A stretch of DNA of 48,721 nt from an uncultured Deferribacteres bacterium (GTDB lineage: Bacteria > Zhuqueibacterota > Zhuqueibacteria > Zhuqueibacterales > Geothermadaptataceae): NCBI GenBank assembly GCA_964014485.1, contig CAXHAT010000036.1, forward strand, positions 1 through 48,721, given 5' to 3'. Under the pieces are notes generated by a model, which made no database searches, had not been told where the DNA came from, and was given only the letters and a program-made list of their open reading frames with translations. Below are positions 11,885-22,052 of the stretch, piece after piece. How positions within the stretch are numbered: position 1 is the first letter of the stretch; each line of letters begins with the position of its first letter. The translations under genes were made by a program, and so were the position numbers.

Positions 11885-13100
11885 CGCCGTTTTCCTTTTT
11901 GAAACCAGGAGGCGTGGAATAGTGAATTTCTAATTTAGGAGCTTTCGACGGGTCAGTATTCGTGGTATGAATGGCTGCTAAATAGGGGTTGGAAGTAGGG
12001 CTTAAAGAAAGCAGCGCCAAACCAATGTTCTCAGTGCGTCCGTCCACCCAAGGTTGAACCACGCTTCGCATCGCCGCTGTCAGCGTCTGTGACGTATCGA
12101 CAACGCCCAAGCCATTCAGGGTAAAAGACGCCGCATTGCCAATTGTCGTGTCCGGATCAACCGACAAATCCAAAGGATCATCAACCGGTTTGAGCAATGT
12201 GAGCACGTTAAAGCCGACTGCATTACCGTCATCCAAGAAAGAGTTTTCATGATCAACTTGAAGCTTCAAGAGCGCGCGAGTTATCGTCGCTTCTTCCGGA
12301 ATCTCTGAAACGTCAAAGTGAAATATTGAACGATACTCGACGCCGTTTCCAATGTAAATCGGGCCGGGAGCAGCTTCAGTATTTTGGCGAAGGATAGAGG
12401 CGTCCGCACCGGCTGTAACGATCACGCTGTCTCTTACTCCCTCGCTGCTTTCCTGATAAATTGTCAAAACGGGTTTATCCGAGGAAGCATTGCGAGAGCT
12501 GAATCGTTGCAGAAATGCAGGGGATTCTGCCTGGATCAAGAGACCAAAATTTTCAGATTGATTCAAGACCCAATCCTGAACAATCCCGGGAGCTATGCTC
12601 GCTTCGACGCTTTGCGTATCTTCAGGAACGACGGTCAATCCGCCAACGGGTTGAGCATCAAAAAAGCCTTGTCCCAATTCAGAGTAGGTAACTTGCGACT
12701 CTTGCCACTCAGTATTTACAACATGGACGTTTGCGCTAAACGGCGTTTCATCGGCTTCGCCTGTAAAATCGGTGCCGGCCAATCGTAGTTTAGCTTCAGA
12801 AACATTAAACGTTCCAGAATCAGGCAAATCAGTGAATTTAATCAAAATTAACGCCTCACTGTTTCCGGCGTTTCCCAGGAACAAAGATAAGCTCAATCCT
12901 GTGTTCACCTCTTGGCTGGACACAGAATCAACCTGCTGTAATTGAATCGCGGAAACTTCCAGTCTTCCAACGGATGTTGAGTCTGCAAACTCATCATACA
13001 CGCCCAGTGGCAGGCTATCATTGCAAGAGTAGGTCAAAATAACGCCAAACAATCCGATAAAAATTGTCCAGCTTTTTACATTTCTATAGTTCATACTCAT
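11874..13100 (-). CDS. acidic lipoprotein with two related beta-rich domains (DUF4270/DNRLRE-like; BamH-like candidate)
   Basis: Lipobox-like LTYSC followed by ND..LG; two copies of F....P....A.L.L / VQ.W......N.GL / P.L.I.Y; start at 13100 or 13094. Confidence 0.65.
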   Translation of the reverse strand: MSMNYRNVKSWTIFIGLFGVILTYSCNDSLPLGVYDEFADSTSVGRLEVSAIQLQQVDSVSSQEVNTGLSLSLFLGNAGNSEALILIKFTDLPDSGTFNVSEAKLRLAGTDFTGEADETPFSANVHVVNTEWQESQVTYSELGQGFFDAQPVGGLTVVPEDTQSVEASIAPGIVQDWVLNQSENFGLLIQAESPAFLQRFSSRNASSDKPVLTIYQESSEGVRDSVIVTAGADASILRQNTEAAPGPIYIGNGVEYRSIFHFDVSEIPEEATITRALLKLQVDHENSFLDDGNAVGFNVLTLLKPVDDPLDLSVDPDTTIGNAASFTLNGLGVVDTSQTLTAAMRSVVQPWVDGRTENIGLALLSLSPTSNPYLAAIHTTNTDPSKAPKLEIHYSTPPGFKKENGDEK

Positions 13101-14337
13101 TCGCCAATTCGTTCATTGCTTTTTTTCGAAACGCAAGTTTACCATTCTTATAAACTTCGTTCACCAGATTCACGCCAAAGTGATAGGGAAGTTCCGCTTC
13201 GTGCTTTGCTTCCCAAATAACAATATCCGCTTTTTTGCCCGCTTCCAACGATCCGATCTTGTCATCACGCGCGATTGCCTTCGAGGCATTCAAAGTTGCC
13301 GCAATAATGGCTTCCACCGGCGTCATTTTCAGCTTCAGACATGACAAAGTCAACATCATTTGCATGGATTCCGACATGCACGTGCCAGGATTGAAATCCG
13401 TGGCTACAGCGACATTTAAACCCGCTTCAATCATTCTTCGCGCCGGGCCATAGGTTTGGCTGTTGAGAAAAAAATCCGCTCCGGGCAGCATGACCGGGGT
13501 CACATTCGCATCTAAAAGCAATTCATCTACTTCCGCAGGCGTATGCTCAAGATGATCAGCGGAAACGGCGCCAACCTCAGATGCGACTTTGGCTCCGTCG
13601 CTGTTTGTCAGTTGATCTGCATGGATTTTGGGGCGTAGTCCGCTGGCTCGCCCGGCTTCTAAAATTCGCAACGACTCTTCCGCGGAGAAAACATGATTCT
13701 CGCAAAAAACGTCGATGAATTGCGCCAAATTCCCTTCCGCAACACGCGGCAGCATTTCTTCGATGACATGAGCGATATATTCGTTTTTCCGGCCTTGAAA
13801 CTCATCTGGCACCTCATGCGCCCCCAAAAAGGTCGGCACAAGGTCAACCGGGTGTGATTCATTCGCGACACGAATTGTTTCCAATGATCTGATCTCGTCT
13901 TCAACGCTCAACCCGTACCCGCTTTTTGCTTCAATTGTTGTCGTTCCGAAAGCCAAAAATCGGTCGAGTCGTTGTAAGCAAGCGCGCAATAACTGCTCGC
14001 TGCTAGCTTTTCTCAAATCGCGCACGCTAAATTTTATACCGCCGCCAGCCTTCGCTATATCAACATAGCTTGCGCCTGCGATTCGCATTTCAAACTCATT
14101 GGCGCGGTGATTAAAAAACAACGGGTGGGTGTGGCAATCGACAAAACCAGGCGTGACCAACGCGCCGTCTGCATCGACAACTTTGTCGGTCTTTTCCGCT
14201 TTAAATGAGTCTTCAGTTCCTACCTTTAAAATATTCGCGTTTTCACATAGTATGAACCCGGGGTCGAAGATTTCATTTTTCCATCCGGAATCACTCCGTG
14301 CCGTAAAGACTCGAGCATTTTTGATCAGAAGTCGCAT
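13084..14337 (-). CDS. hutI: imidazolonepropionase
   Basis: PGFVDCHTH, GTTTIEAKSGYGL, TFLGAH, HADQL, DHLE, ATDFNPG; ATG at 14337. Confidence 0.95.
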   Translation of the reverse strand: MRLLIKNARVFTARSDSGWKNEIFDPGFILCENANILKVGTEDSFKAEKTDKVVDADGALVTPGFVDCHTHPLFFNHRANEFEMRIAGASYVDIAKAGGGIKFSVRDLRKASSEQLLRACLQRLDRFLAFGTTTIEAKSGYGLSVEDEIRSLETIRVANESHPVDLVPTFLGAHEVPDEFQGRKNEYIAHVIEEMLPRVAEGNLAQFIDVFCENHVFSAEESLRILEAGRASGLRPKIHADQLTNSDGAKVASEVGAVSADHLEHTPAEVDELLLDANVTPVMLPGADFFLNSQTYGPARRMIEAGLNVAVATDFNPGTCMSESMQMMLTLSCLKLKMTPVEAIIAATLNASKAIARDDKIGSLEAGKKADIVIWEAKHEAELPYHFGVNLVNEVYKNGKLAFRKKAMNELANEYEL

Positions 14338-14344
14338 CGTGAGA

Positions 14345-14833
14345 CTAAAGAACGTCAATAATTTCTGAGGCCGACGTTTCGGTATCGTAGAACACAAAAG
14401 TTGAGCGGCCAAATCGACCCATAATCTCCCCCGGATTTATGAAATCCGATTGACCGATCTTGCTGATTTTCAATTCGTGATTGTGCCCGTAGCAGACGAC
14501 GTCAAAAGCGCCGCCGCCGGCAATCTCTTCCGCTATCTCAGGATAGTGAGTCACGGCGATTTTCTTGTTGTCCAAAACAATGCGAGCAAATTCTCCATGC
14601 AACGTCATGTGACCAAATCTAGCCGCCTGCTTGTTCAAAAGAAAACGATCACCGTCATTATTTCCAAATACGACGTGAACCGGCTTTTTGAATTGCTCTC
14701 CGATTTCAACAAGCGTGAATGGGGCGCAAAAATCTCCGCAAAAAATCATGGCATCCGCGCCTTGACACAACTTTAAAGCGGAGGCAAGTTTCCAAATATT
14801 GTCATGAATATCAGAGAAAATCGCAACCTTCAT
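14345..14833 (-). CDS. YfcE/MJ0936-type metallophosphoesterase
   Basis: SDIHDN, CGD, GNND, TH, GHNH, INPG motifs. Confidence 0.9.
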   Translation of the reverse strand: MKVAIFSDIHDNIWKLASALKLCQGADAMIFCGDFCAPFTLVEIGEQFKKPVHVVFGNNDGDRFLLNKQAARFGHMTLHGEFARIVLDNKKIAVTHYPEIAEEIAGGGAFDVVCYGHNHELKISKIGQSDFINPGEIMGRFGRSTFVFYDTETSASEIIDVL

Positions 14834-15103
14834 ATCAACACCATAAAACCAAAGACTGCTTGAGTCATCTAAATGTCTTTGAAATTTTCACAGTCAGACA
14901 TTTTTTAGAAAAAGAAGCGCATCGATGCATTGTCAAAGGCAGAGAGTTCACTTGTTATTCAGCAAAGCCGATGACTGCGAAGATACATGTTTGAAGCTTG
15001 AAGAGTAGATCAAAAGATGCTTGCAAATACAATGATCTTCAACTTTTTGACAGTTTCAGGCGGCTCAATGAAAAGCATCGAGCAATGAATTGAAATCAAA
15101 AAT

Positions 15104-15138
15104 AAAAAGCCAGAAAAGCGATTCCGCTCTCCTGGCTT
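15104..15138 (-). terminator. terminator ending the ribosomal superoperon
   Basis: AAGCCAG...GCG/CGC...CTGGCTT imperfect hairpin followed by TTTTTATTTTT. Confidence 0.7.
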
Positions 15139-15204
15139 AAATCATCAAAGTTTTTGGCTATGAATCACCACTGCACGATCTTAACTTTTTCGTCAGATCC
15201 TTCG

Positions 15205-15699
15205 CTACGCCTGAGCTTCCTCTTGCGGCGCTTTTTCAGCAGCTTCTTGTTTTTCGCCTTGCTCCCGCTCTCGCTGACGGCGTTTTCTTTCAAGTCGCCT
15301 TTCCTGCGCTTCCTGTTGCAATTCGAGCTGTACTTCTTCAAAACCAACCAACTCAAGAACGGCCATTTCAGCTCCATCGCCCTTGCGTTCGCCAAGCTTC
15401 ACAACTCTGGTGTAACCGCCGTTTCTGTCCTCATATTTAGGCGCAATTTCGGAAAAAAGAGCGGAGATAACATCCCGATCTCGGATAAATTTAAAAGCCT
15501 CTCGTCGGGCGGCGACGGTGTCTTTTTTCCCAAAAGTAACCATCTTGTCAACCCAGCGACGCGCTTCTTTGGCCTTTGCCAGCGTCGTGACAATCTGCTT
15601 TTTATCGCTTTTGAGAAGCGAAGCCACCATATTCGAAAGCATTGCTCTTCTATGGCTTTTCGTTCTTCCCAGCTTCTTGTGATCTTTTCCGTGTCTCAT
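15205..15699 (-). CDS. rplQ: 50S ribosomal protein L17
   Basis: MRHG...KLGR..SHR.AM, RNGGYTR, RKGDGA; charged C-terminal extension. Confidence 0.98.
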   Translation of the reverse strand: MRHGKDHKKLGRTKSHRRAMLSNMVASLLKSDKKQIVTTLAKAKEARRWVDKMVTFGKKDTVAARREAFKFIRDRDVISALFSEIAPKYEDRNGGYTRVVKLGERKGDGAEMAVLELVGFEEVQLELQQEAQERRLERKRRQREREQGEKQEAAEKAPQEEAQA

Positions 15700-15720
15700 A
15701 ATTCAACCTTATCGGGCTAC

Positions 15721-16707
15721 TCAGTCTTCTTCGCTTTTCAGGTATTTATCAACGTCAAAGCCAAAGTGTAAGCTCTTTTCTTCTAGAATTTGCGTCAATT
15801 CTTGCAGAGATTTCCGGCCAAAATTGCGGAACTTGAGCATTTCTTGTTCATCACGCTTAACCAAGTCGCCGATGGTCTTGATGTTCGCGGCCATCAAGCA
15901 GTTGTGCGAACGTACTGACAGTTCGAGTTCATCAACCGGCATTTTCAAAAGCTTGCGCGTGCGCAGTACTTCTTCATCCACTTCATCCGGCTCTTCTTCT
16001 TCCGGCTCAATGTCAAAGTTGATGAATAGCTGCAGGTGGTCAACCAGAATTTTGCCCGCGTAAGTCAAAGCGTCGTCAGGCGTAACGCTTCCATCGGTGG
16101 TGATTTCAAGAATTAGCTTCTCGTAATCCGTTCTTTGTCCGAGCCGCGTGTTTTCAACAAAATATGCAACGTTCTTTACCGGCGTATAGATCGAATCAAT
16201 CGGGATCATGCCAATCGGTGAATCCGGCGCTTTGTTTTCCTCAGCGGTTACATAACCATGACCGCGACCAATGCGCAGTTCCAAGCGCATTTTGGCGTCA
16301 TCGTCCAGCGTAGCGATGTGCCGATCCGGGTTGAGAATTTCAAATTCCGTCGTGCCGTTCTGAATATCGCCGGCTTTAATTTCGCCAGGCCCGCTCGCTT
16401 CGATAACAACCTTGTCCGGCTTCTTGCTCATCAATTTAAAGCGAACTTCCTTTAAATTGAGAACGATGTCCGTCACATCTTCCGCGACGCCGGGAATTGT
16501 TGAGAATTCGTGCATGACATCGTCAATTTTCACCATCGTGATGGCGGCGCCAGGCAGAGAGGAGAGCAAAACTCTTCGTAAAGCGTTTCCAATAGTTGTA
16601 CCAAACCCTCTTTCAAGAGGTTGAACTATGAAACGGCCAAATGTCGTTGAATATGTGGATTCATCAAGTTCCACATTATCCGGCATTTGTAAATTAGGCC
16701 AATTCAT
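15721..16707 (-). CDS. rpoA: RNA polymerase alpha subunit
   Basis: PLERGFGTTIGNALRRVLLSS, ELSVRSHNCL, NFGRKSL. Confidence 0.99.
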   Translation of the reverse strand: MNWPNLQMPDNVELDESTYSTTFGRFIVQPLERGFGTTIGNALRRVLLSSLPGAAITMVKIDDVMHEFSTIPGVAEDVTDIVLNLKEVRFKLMSKKPDKVVIEASGPGEIKAGDIQNGTTEFEILNPDRHIATLDDDAKMRLELRIGRGHGYVTAEENKAPDSPIGMIPIDSIYTPVKNVAYFVENTRLGQRTDYEKLILEITTDGSVTPDDALTYAGKILVDHLQLFINFDIEPEEEEPDEVDEEVLRTRKLLKMPVDELELSVRSHNCLMAANIKTIGDLVKRDEQEMLKFRNFGRKSLQELTQILEEKSLHFGFDVDKYLKSEED

Positions 16708-16818
16708 AGAGATATCTCCATTATCTTTGTTTAAAAATCAAAACACAATTTCAGAATGTCTTCGTTACTCTCGGACGATCGCGCTAATCGATGCATTTGA
16801 GTTCAAAGACTTGGATAA

Positions 16819-16846
16819 ATTCTATAAAATGCAGCTTGTGCGGCAA
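16819..16846 (-). promoter_or_regulatory. candidate internal promoter for rpoA-rplQ
   Basis: TTGCCG-16 nt-TAGAAT in the rpsK-rpoA gap. Confidence 0.45.
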
Positions 16847-16871
16847 ATCGGAGTGAAATAGAGGAGATAGA

Positions 16872-17258
16872 TCAAACTCTTCTTCGTTTTGGCGGTCTGC
16901 ATCCGTTGTGAGGCACCGGCGTCACGTCTCTAATTGCCGTAATCTCCAAACCAGTCGCTTGCAAGGATCGCACTGCCGACTCACGTCCGGAACCTGGTCC
17001 CTTAATCATAACTTCCACTCTAACCATACCAAGATCCATTGCGGTCTTGGCGGCATTTTCGGCGGCGACCTGAGCGGCGAACGGGGTAGATTTTCTTGAG
17101 CCTTTAAACCCGACCTTTCCGGCAGACGCCCAAGAAACGACATTGCCGTACATATCGGTCAGGGAGACGATTGTATTATTGAATGTGGAGTGGATAAAAG
17201 CCTGACCGTTTGGGTCTACCTTTTCCTTTTTAATCTTTTTTCTTCTTCCGCTAGCCAA
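16872..17258 (-). CDS. rpsK: 30S ribosomal protein S11
   Basis: [36 protein letters not shown] start after GGAG. Confidence 0.98.
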   Translation of the reverse strand: MASGRRKKIKKEKVDPNGQAFIHSTFNNTIVSLTDMYGNVVSWASAGKVGFKGSRKSTPFAAQVAAENAAKTAMDLGMVRVEVMIKGPGSGRESAVRSLQATGLEITAIRDVTPVPHNGCRPPKRRRV

Positions 17259-17288
17259 GAGCAATTCTCCTTATTCGGAATATTTTAA

Positions 17289-17657
17289 TTACTTTTTACG
17301 TCCGGCGCCTACCGAGCGTCTGCGTCCTTTGCGCGTTCTCGCATTTGTATGGGTTCTTTGTCCGCGAACCGGCAGTCCTCTTCTATGCCGCAAACCGCGA
17401 TAACACCCCACATCCATCAATCTCTTGATGTTCATCTGGATTTCCGTCCGTAATGCGCCCTCTACTTTGTAGTCCGCAAGAGCGGAACGCAATTTGGCGA
17501 TTTCGTCGCCCGTCAAATCTTTAACGCGTTTGTTTAAGTCTATTCCAGCCGTCTTCAAAACTTCGGCTGAAGTATGTCGACCGATACCAAAAATATAGGT
17601 CAGACCGATTTCTACTCTTTTATCACGCGGTAAATCTACACCTGCAATGCGCGCCAA
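17289..17657 (-). CDS. rpsM: 30S ribosomal protein S13
   Basis: [29 protein letters not shown] start after GGAGG. Confidence 0.98.
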   Translation of the reverse strand: MARIAGVDLPRDKRVEIGLTYIFGIGRHTSAEVLKTAGIDLNKRVKDLTGDEIAKLRSALADYKVEGALRTEIQMNIKRLMDVGCYRGLRHRRGLPVRGQRTHTNARTRKGRRRSVGAGRKK

Positions 17658-17697
17658 GGCATAACCTCCGTTCAAAAATTGCTAATTCAGGAATCTC

Positions 17698-17811
17698 TTA
17701 TCCTTGTCGCTGCTTATGGCGCGGATTTTTACAAATCACCATAACACGACCTTTTCTTCGGATAATCTTACAATTATCACACATCTTCTTAACAGATGAT
17801 CGAACTTTCAT
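17698..17811 (-). CDS. rpmJ: 50S ribosomal protein L36 (zinc-ribbon type); absent from the ORF track
   Basis: Hand translation: [37 protein letters not shown]. Confidence 0.98.
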   Translation of the reverse strand: MKVRSSVKKMCDNCKIIRRKGRVMVICKNPRHKQRQG

Positions 17812-17832
17812 AACATGTCCTTGTAGTTCAGT

Positions 17833-18051
17833 TTACTTATACCGATAAGTAATTCTTCCCCGAGACAAATCATAAGGCGAAAGCTCAACTGTCACTTTAT
17901 CTCCGGGTAAAATCTTGATGAAATGCATTCTCATTTTACCCGAGATATGCGCCAATACTTTATGTCCATTTTCGAGTTCGACTCGGAAAGAAGCATTCGG
18001 CAACGTCTCGACGATGGTACCATCGACCTTTATTGCTTCATCTTTTGCCAT
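17833..18051 (-). CDS. infA: translation initiation factor IF-1
   Basis: [37 protein letters not shown]. Confidence 0.99.
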   Translation of the reverse strand: MAKDEAIKVDGTIVETLPNASFRVELENGHKVLAHISGKMRMHFIKILPGDKVTVELSPYDLSRGRITYRYK

Positions 18052-18057
18052 AAATCG

Positions 18058-18813
18058 CTATATGCCTTCAGTTAAAATCAGTGCGCCGTTTTTCGTAATG
18101 GCGACTGTATGTTCATAGTGAGCAGAGAGTGAGCCGTCCGCGGAACGAACCGTCCATCCGTCATCATCCGTTGTCACTTCTTGAGTTCCTCGATTGACCA
18201 TGGGTTCGATTGCGATGACCATTCCGCTCTTCAGGCGAGGGCCTTTGCCCGGATCGCCGAAATTCGGCACCTGCGGCTCTTCATGCAGTTCGCGTCCGAT
18301 ACCGTGCCCGACGAGCTCACGCACAACTGAGTATCCTGCGTTCTCAACAAAGCTCTGGATCGCATAAGAAATGTCTGAAACGCGATTAGAATTGGAAGCC
18401 TTGTTAATGCCTCGTTTTAATGACTCTTTGGTGATCTTCATCAAATGTTCTGCGTCCGGATCCGCCTTGCCGCCGACAACGAAGGTTTTCGCTGCGTCGC
18501 CATAGAAACCGTTCGACTCAACGCCGACATCTACTTTTACCAAACTTCCGGTCTTTAACGGCTTATTATTTGGAATGCCGTGAACAACCTCATCGTCAAC
18601 CGAAATGCATGCGCTTCCAGGGAACCCTTGATATCCTTTAAAAGCTGGTCGCGCCTTGTGTTTTTTGACAATGAATTTTTCAATCTCTTTAGAGAGCTGC
18701 AGTGTAGTAACGCTTTCTTCGAGCATTGCTTCCGCCAGATTGAGAGCGCCAACTACAATTTGGCAGCTATGGCGTATAGCGTCGATTTCTTTTTCACTTC
18801 GAAGGTGTATCAT
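18058..18813 (-). CDS. map: methionine aminopeptidase type I
   Basis: VVHGIP, DVG..GFYGDAA, GHGIG..HEEP, AIEPM, SAHYEHT. Confidence 0.98.
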   Translation of the reverse strand: MIHLRSEKEIDAIRHSCQIVVGALNLAEAMLEESVTTLQLSKEIEKFIVKKHKARPAFKGYQGFPGSACISVDDEVVHGIPNNKPLKTGSLVKVDVGVESNGFYGDAAKTFVVGGKADPDAEHLMKITKESLKRGINKASNSNRVSDISYAIQSFVENAGYSVVRELVGHGIGRELHEEPQVPNFGDPGKGPRLKSGMVIAIEPMVNRGTQEVTTDDDGWTVRSADGSLSAHYEHTVAITKNGALILTEGI

Positions 18814-18821
18814 TTAACCGG

Positions 18822-19475
18822 TCAAATTTGAGCGATATGGCTCTCAATTTCTTTTTGCACTTCTCCGATTTCCAAAGCACCGTCAACGATGACAATTTTG
18901 TTCAAGGCTCGGTAGTAGGCCTTCAATGGCTTCGTCTGCTCTTCGTAAATCGAGAGGCGATGTTTAACTGTTTCTTCGTTATCGTCTGATCGTTGAATTA
19001 TTGTATCCTTCTTGCCGCAACTGTCACAAATGTTGTCTGTTGGAGGCGGATCGTAGATCAGATTATATAAACGCCCGCAGTTCGAGCAAACTCTCCGCTG
19101 AGTCAGTCGGTCAAAAATTCGTTTCTTCGGCACTTGCAAAGTAAATACAGCGCTTATCGGCCGATTATGACTTTCGAGTAAACCGTCCAATGATTTAGCC
19201 TGCTCAATGTTTCTCGGAAAACCATCGAGAATAAACCCTGACTGGACGTCATCCTCAAGAATTCGAGCTTCGACTAACCCAAAAACGACCTGATCGGGCA
19301 CTAGCCCGCCAGAATCCATATACTTTTTTGCTTCAATTCCGAGCCTGGTTTGCTGCACAACCGCTTCTCTCAGAATATCCCCGGTAGAAATTTGGGGGAT
19401 ACTGTATTTTTCCGAAACCAGTTTTGCTTGCGTACCTTTGCCAGATCCGGGGTATCCCAAAAAGATGAGTACCAT
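18822..19475 (-). CDS. adk: adenylate kinase
   Basis: G.PGSGKGTQ, ISTGDILR, LDGFPR, LID with CSNC/CDSC. Confidence 0.98.
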   Translation of the reverse strand: MVLIFLGYPGSGKGTQAKLVSEKYSIPQISTGDILREAVVQQTRLGIEAKKYMDSGGLVPDQVVFGLVEARILEDDVQSGFILDGFPRNIEQAKSLDGLLESHNRPISAVFTLQVPKKRIFDRLTQRRVCSNCGRLYNLIYDPPPTDNICDSCGKKDTIIQRSDDNEETVKHRLSIYEEQTKPLKAYYRALNKIVIVDGALEIGEVQKEIESHIAQI

Positions 19476-19510
19476 GTCGTTGTTCGATTCTCCAGCAGTC
19501 CGGTTGAATT

Positions 19511-20848
19511 CTAATAAGCGCGTTGTCTGCCTTTAATCTTTCCTCCCTTCATAAATCCGTCATAGTGACGCATTAGCAGATGAGATTCAAGTTGTTGCAG
19601 AGTATCTAATGCAACGCCAACGATGATGAGCAGGGAAGTACCGCCAAAAAAGGAGGCGTAGTCATATGAAACGTTTGTCAATTGCACGACGAAGTACGGG
19701 AGTATCGCGATAAACGCGAGAAATATTGATCCCGGTAACGTCACGCGGGTTAAAATATGATCGATAAACTCCGCCGTTTTCTTTCCAGGACGAACGCCGG
19801 GAATGTAACCGTTATTCTTCTTGATATTATCCGCAACGTCAATCGGATTAAAAGCAATCGCCGTATAGAAGTAAGTAAAGAAAACGATCAGTATGCCGTA
19901 AATAATTTGATAGGGCAAGGCCGTAAAGCTAAACCAAAGAGTTAGCGTATCCATGAACTCGCTGTTTGGAAAGAACGTGGTTACAGTCTGCGGAATAAAC
20001 ATGATAGACTGTGCAAAGATAATCGGCATAACGCCTGCCGTGTTTACTTTAAGAGGAATATGCGTTCCCTGCCCACGATAAATCCTCCGCCCGACGACTT
20101 TTTGCGCATACTGTACCGGAATTTTCCGCATACCTTGCGTCAGTAAAACGACAAATCCGATGATGACCACCATCAAAGCGAGCAACACAACTTCAGTCAG
20201 CGGGTCGCGATTGCCGTTTGTGAACTGGGTCCACTCGGTCAGAATAGCATTCGGGAAAATCGCGATGATGCCGATAAAAATAATCAAGGAAACGCCGTTG
20301 CCGACGCCTCGCTCAGTGATCTGCTCACCAAGCCACATAATGAGCACTGTCCCACTGGTCAACACCAACATCGTCATCAAAGTAAAACCGAAACCGCCGC
20401 CGCCAGGCACAACTTCAAGACCCTGTGAAGTAGCCGGGATATTCGCAAGAAAAATGCTTACGCCATAGGCTTGTAAAGCAGCGATTAACACAGTCCCGTA
20501 GCGCGTATATTGCGTAACTTTCTTGCGCCCTTCCGCATCTCTCTGCAATTTATGGAAGTAGGGCATCACAGCGCCTAACAGCTGGATGATAATCGATGCG
20601 GAAATATAAGGCATGATGCCCAAGGCAAACACGGTCGCCCGACTGAAAGCGCCGCCCGCAAACATATCATATAAACCGAATAAACCGCCGCCTCCGGCTT
20701 GATCAAAAAAGCTTAATAACGCTTCGGCGTTTACTCCAGGAATAGGAATATGACCGCCAATCCGATAAACGATTAAAACTCCGAGCGTGAAAAAAATTCG
20801 CCGCCGGAGTTCTTGTATTTTAAAAACGTCTTGAAACGCCTGAATCAT
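19511..20848 (-). CDS. secY: preprotein translocase SecY
   Basis: [35 protein letters not shown]. Confidence 0.99.
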   Translation of the reverse strand: MIQAFQDVFKIQELRRRIFFTLGVLIVYRIGGHIPIPGVNAEALLSFFDQAGGGGLFGLYDMFAGGAFSRATVFALGIMPYISASIIIQLLGAVMPYFHKLQRDAEGRKKVTQYTRYGTVLIAALQAYGVSIFLANIPATSQGLEVVPGGGGFGFTLMTMLVLTSGTVLIMWLGEQITERGVGNGVSLIIFIGIIAIFPNAILTEWTQFTNGNRDPLTEVVLLALMVVIIGFVVLLTQGMRKIPVQYAQKVVGRRIYRGQGTHIPLKVNTAGVMPIIFAQSIMFIPQTVTTFFPNSEFMDTLTLWFSFTALPYQIIYGILIVFFTYFYTAIAFNPIDVADNIKKNNGYIPGVRPGKKTAEFIDHILTRVTLPGSIFLAFIAILPYFVVQLTNVSYDYASFFGGTSLLIIVGVALDTLQQLESHLLMRHYDGFMKGGKIKGRQRAY

Positions 20849-21288
20849 AACGTTATAGCCTTCCCTCCCGCCTTCTCGATTTTTTCGAGTGCGGATTTGC
20901 TAAAGCGATGCGCAGATATTTCAATCGGCTTGGTTAACTCGCCGTTACCCAAGATTTTGACGTCCACGCCGCGTTTCTTGATGAGTCCTCGGTTGAGCAA
21001 TACTTCAACATCAACTTTATTTGCGTCAATCCTGTTTTCGATGTCTGTAAGGTTAACGATTTGGACTTCTTTGCGGAAAATGTTGGTAAAACCGCGTTTG
21101 GGGATGCGTCTTTGAAGCGGCATTTGTCCGCCTTCAAACCAAGCAGGAATGCTGCCGCCTGATCTCGACTTTTGCCCCTTATGCCCGCGAGTGGACGTTC
21201 CGCCATGTCCGGAACCCTGTCCTCGCCCTACTCGTTTTCTGTTCTTACGAGAACCTGGCGCATATTTTAAATTATTCAGTTCTAACAT
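20845..21288 (-). CDS. rplO: 50S ribosomal protein L15
   Basis: [26 protein letters not shown]. Confidence 0.99.
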   Translation of the reverse strand: MLELNNLKYAPGSRKNRKRVGRGQGSGHGGTSTRGHKGQKSRSGGSIPAWFEGGQMPLQRRIPKRGFTNIFRKEVQIVNLTDIENRIDANKVDVEVLLNRGLIKKRGVDVKILGNGELTKPIEISAHRFSKSALEKIEKAGGKAITL

Positions 21289-21302
21289 AGAAAGACCAAG
21301 CC

Positions 21303-21497
21303 TTAAAGTTCTTCAACTGTAACCAAGTGAGCGACTTTTGCTAACATTCCTCGGATTTGCGGCGTGTCGTTTTGTTCAACTGAGTGCCGAATTTTTCGCA
21401 ATCCTAAAGTACGAACAGTCGCACGTTGGCGTTGCGTCCCGCCGATAATGCTTTTTTTCTGAGTTATTCGAAGCTTTTTTACTTTTTTCTTAGCCAC
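21303..21497 (-). CDS. rpmD: 50S ribosomal protein L30
   Basis: [23 protein letters not shown]; synteny. Confidence 0.97.
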   Translation of the reverse strand: MAKKKVKKLRITQKKSIIGGTQRQRATVRTLGLRKIRHSVEQNDTPQIRGMLAKVAHLVTVEEL

Positions 21498-21513
21498 AGC
21501 AAAAATTCCTGAA

Positions 21514-22041
21514 CTAAACAGTTGTTTTGTTAAAAAGTTCGTTAACCGTCAATCCGCGGCGGCGTGCGATTTCTGCCGCATCCATCAACGATTCTAAAGC
21601 GTTCATCGTTGCTTTCACAACATTATGAGGATTTGCCGACCCCATTGATTTTGTCAAAATATTGTGAATTCCAACGGCTTCCATAATTGCGCGCACAGGG
21701 CCGCCTGCAATAACGCCGGTTCCTGAAGTTGCTGGTTTCAGAAGCACTTTGCCGGCGCCAAACTTTGATTTTATCTCATGTGGAATCGTACCGTTCAAAA
21801 GCGGTACGCGGATCAAACTCTTTTTGGCGTTTTCAGAACCTTTGGCGATAGCGTCTGAAACTTCATTTGCTTTACCTAAACCGGTGCCGACATGCCCTTT
21901 GCCGTCTCCAACTACCACAAGCGCGTTAAACGAGAAACGGCGACCGCCCTTAACAACCTTAGCTACGCGGTTTATATGAATAACTCTTTCATTTAAATCG
22001 AGCTCGCCAGGCGAGATTCTATCCGATTTCTTCACTATCAA
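21514..22041 (-). CDS. rpsE: 30S ribosomal protein S5
   Basis: [22 protein letters not shown]. Confidence 0.99.
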   Translation of the reverse strand: MIVKKSDRISPGELDLNERVIHINRVAKVVKGGRRFSFNALVVVGDGKGHVGTGLGKANEVSDAIAKGSENAKKSLIRVPLLNGTIPHEIKSKFGAGKVLLKPATSGTGVIAGGPVRAIMEAVGIHNILTKSMGSANPHNVVKATMNALESLMDAAEIARRRGLTVNELFNKTTV

Positions 22042-22052
22042 ATTCTCCGAAA

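Noticed and set aside
16809..16840. Degenerate remnant of the rpsD 3' end (QLIVEFYSK-like)
   Set aside because: It needs several indels over about 30 AT-rich nt, which chance could produce; the same bases fit a promoter better.
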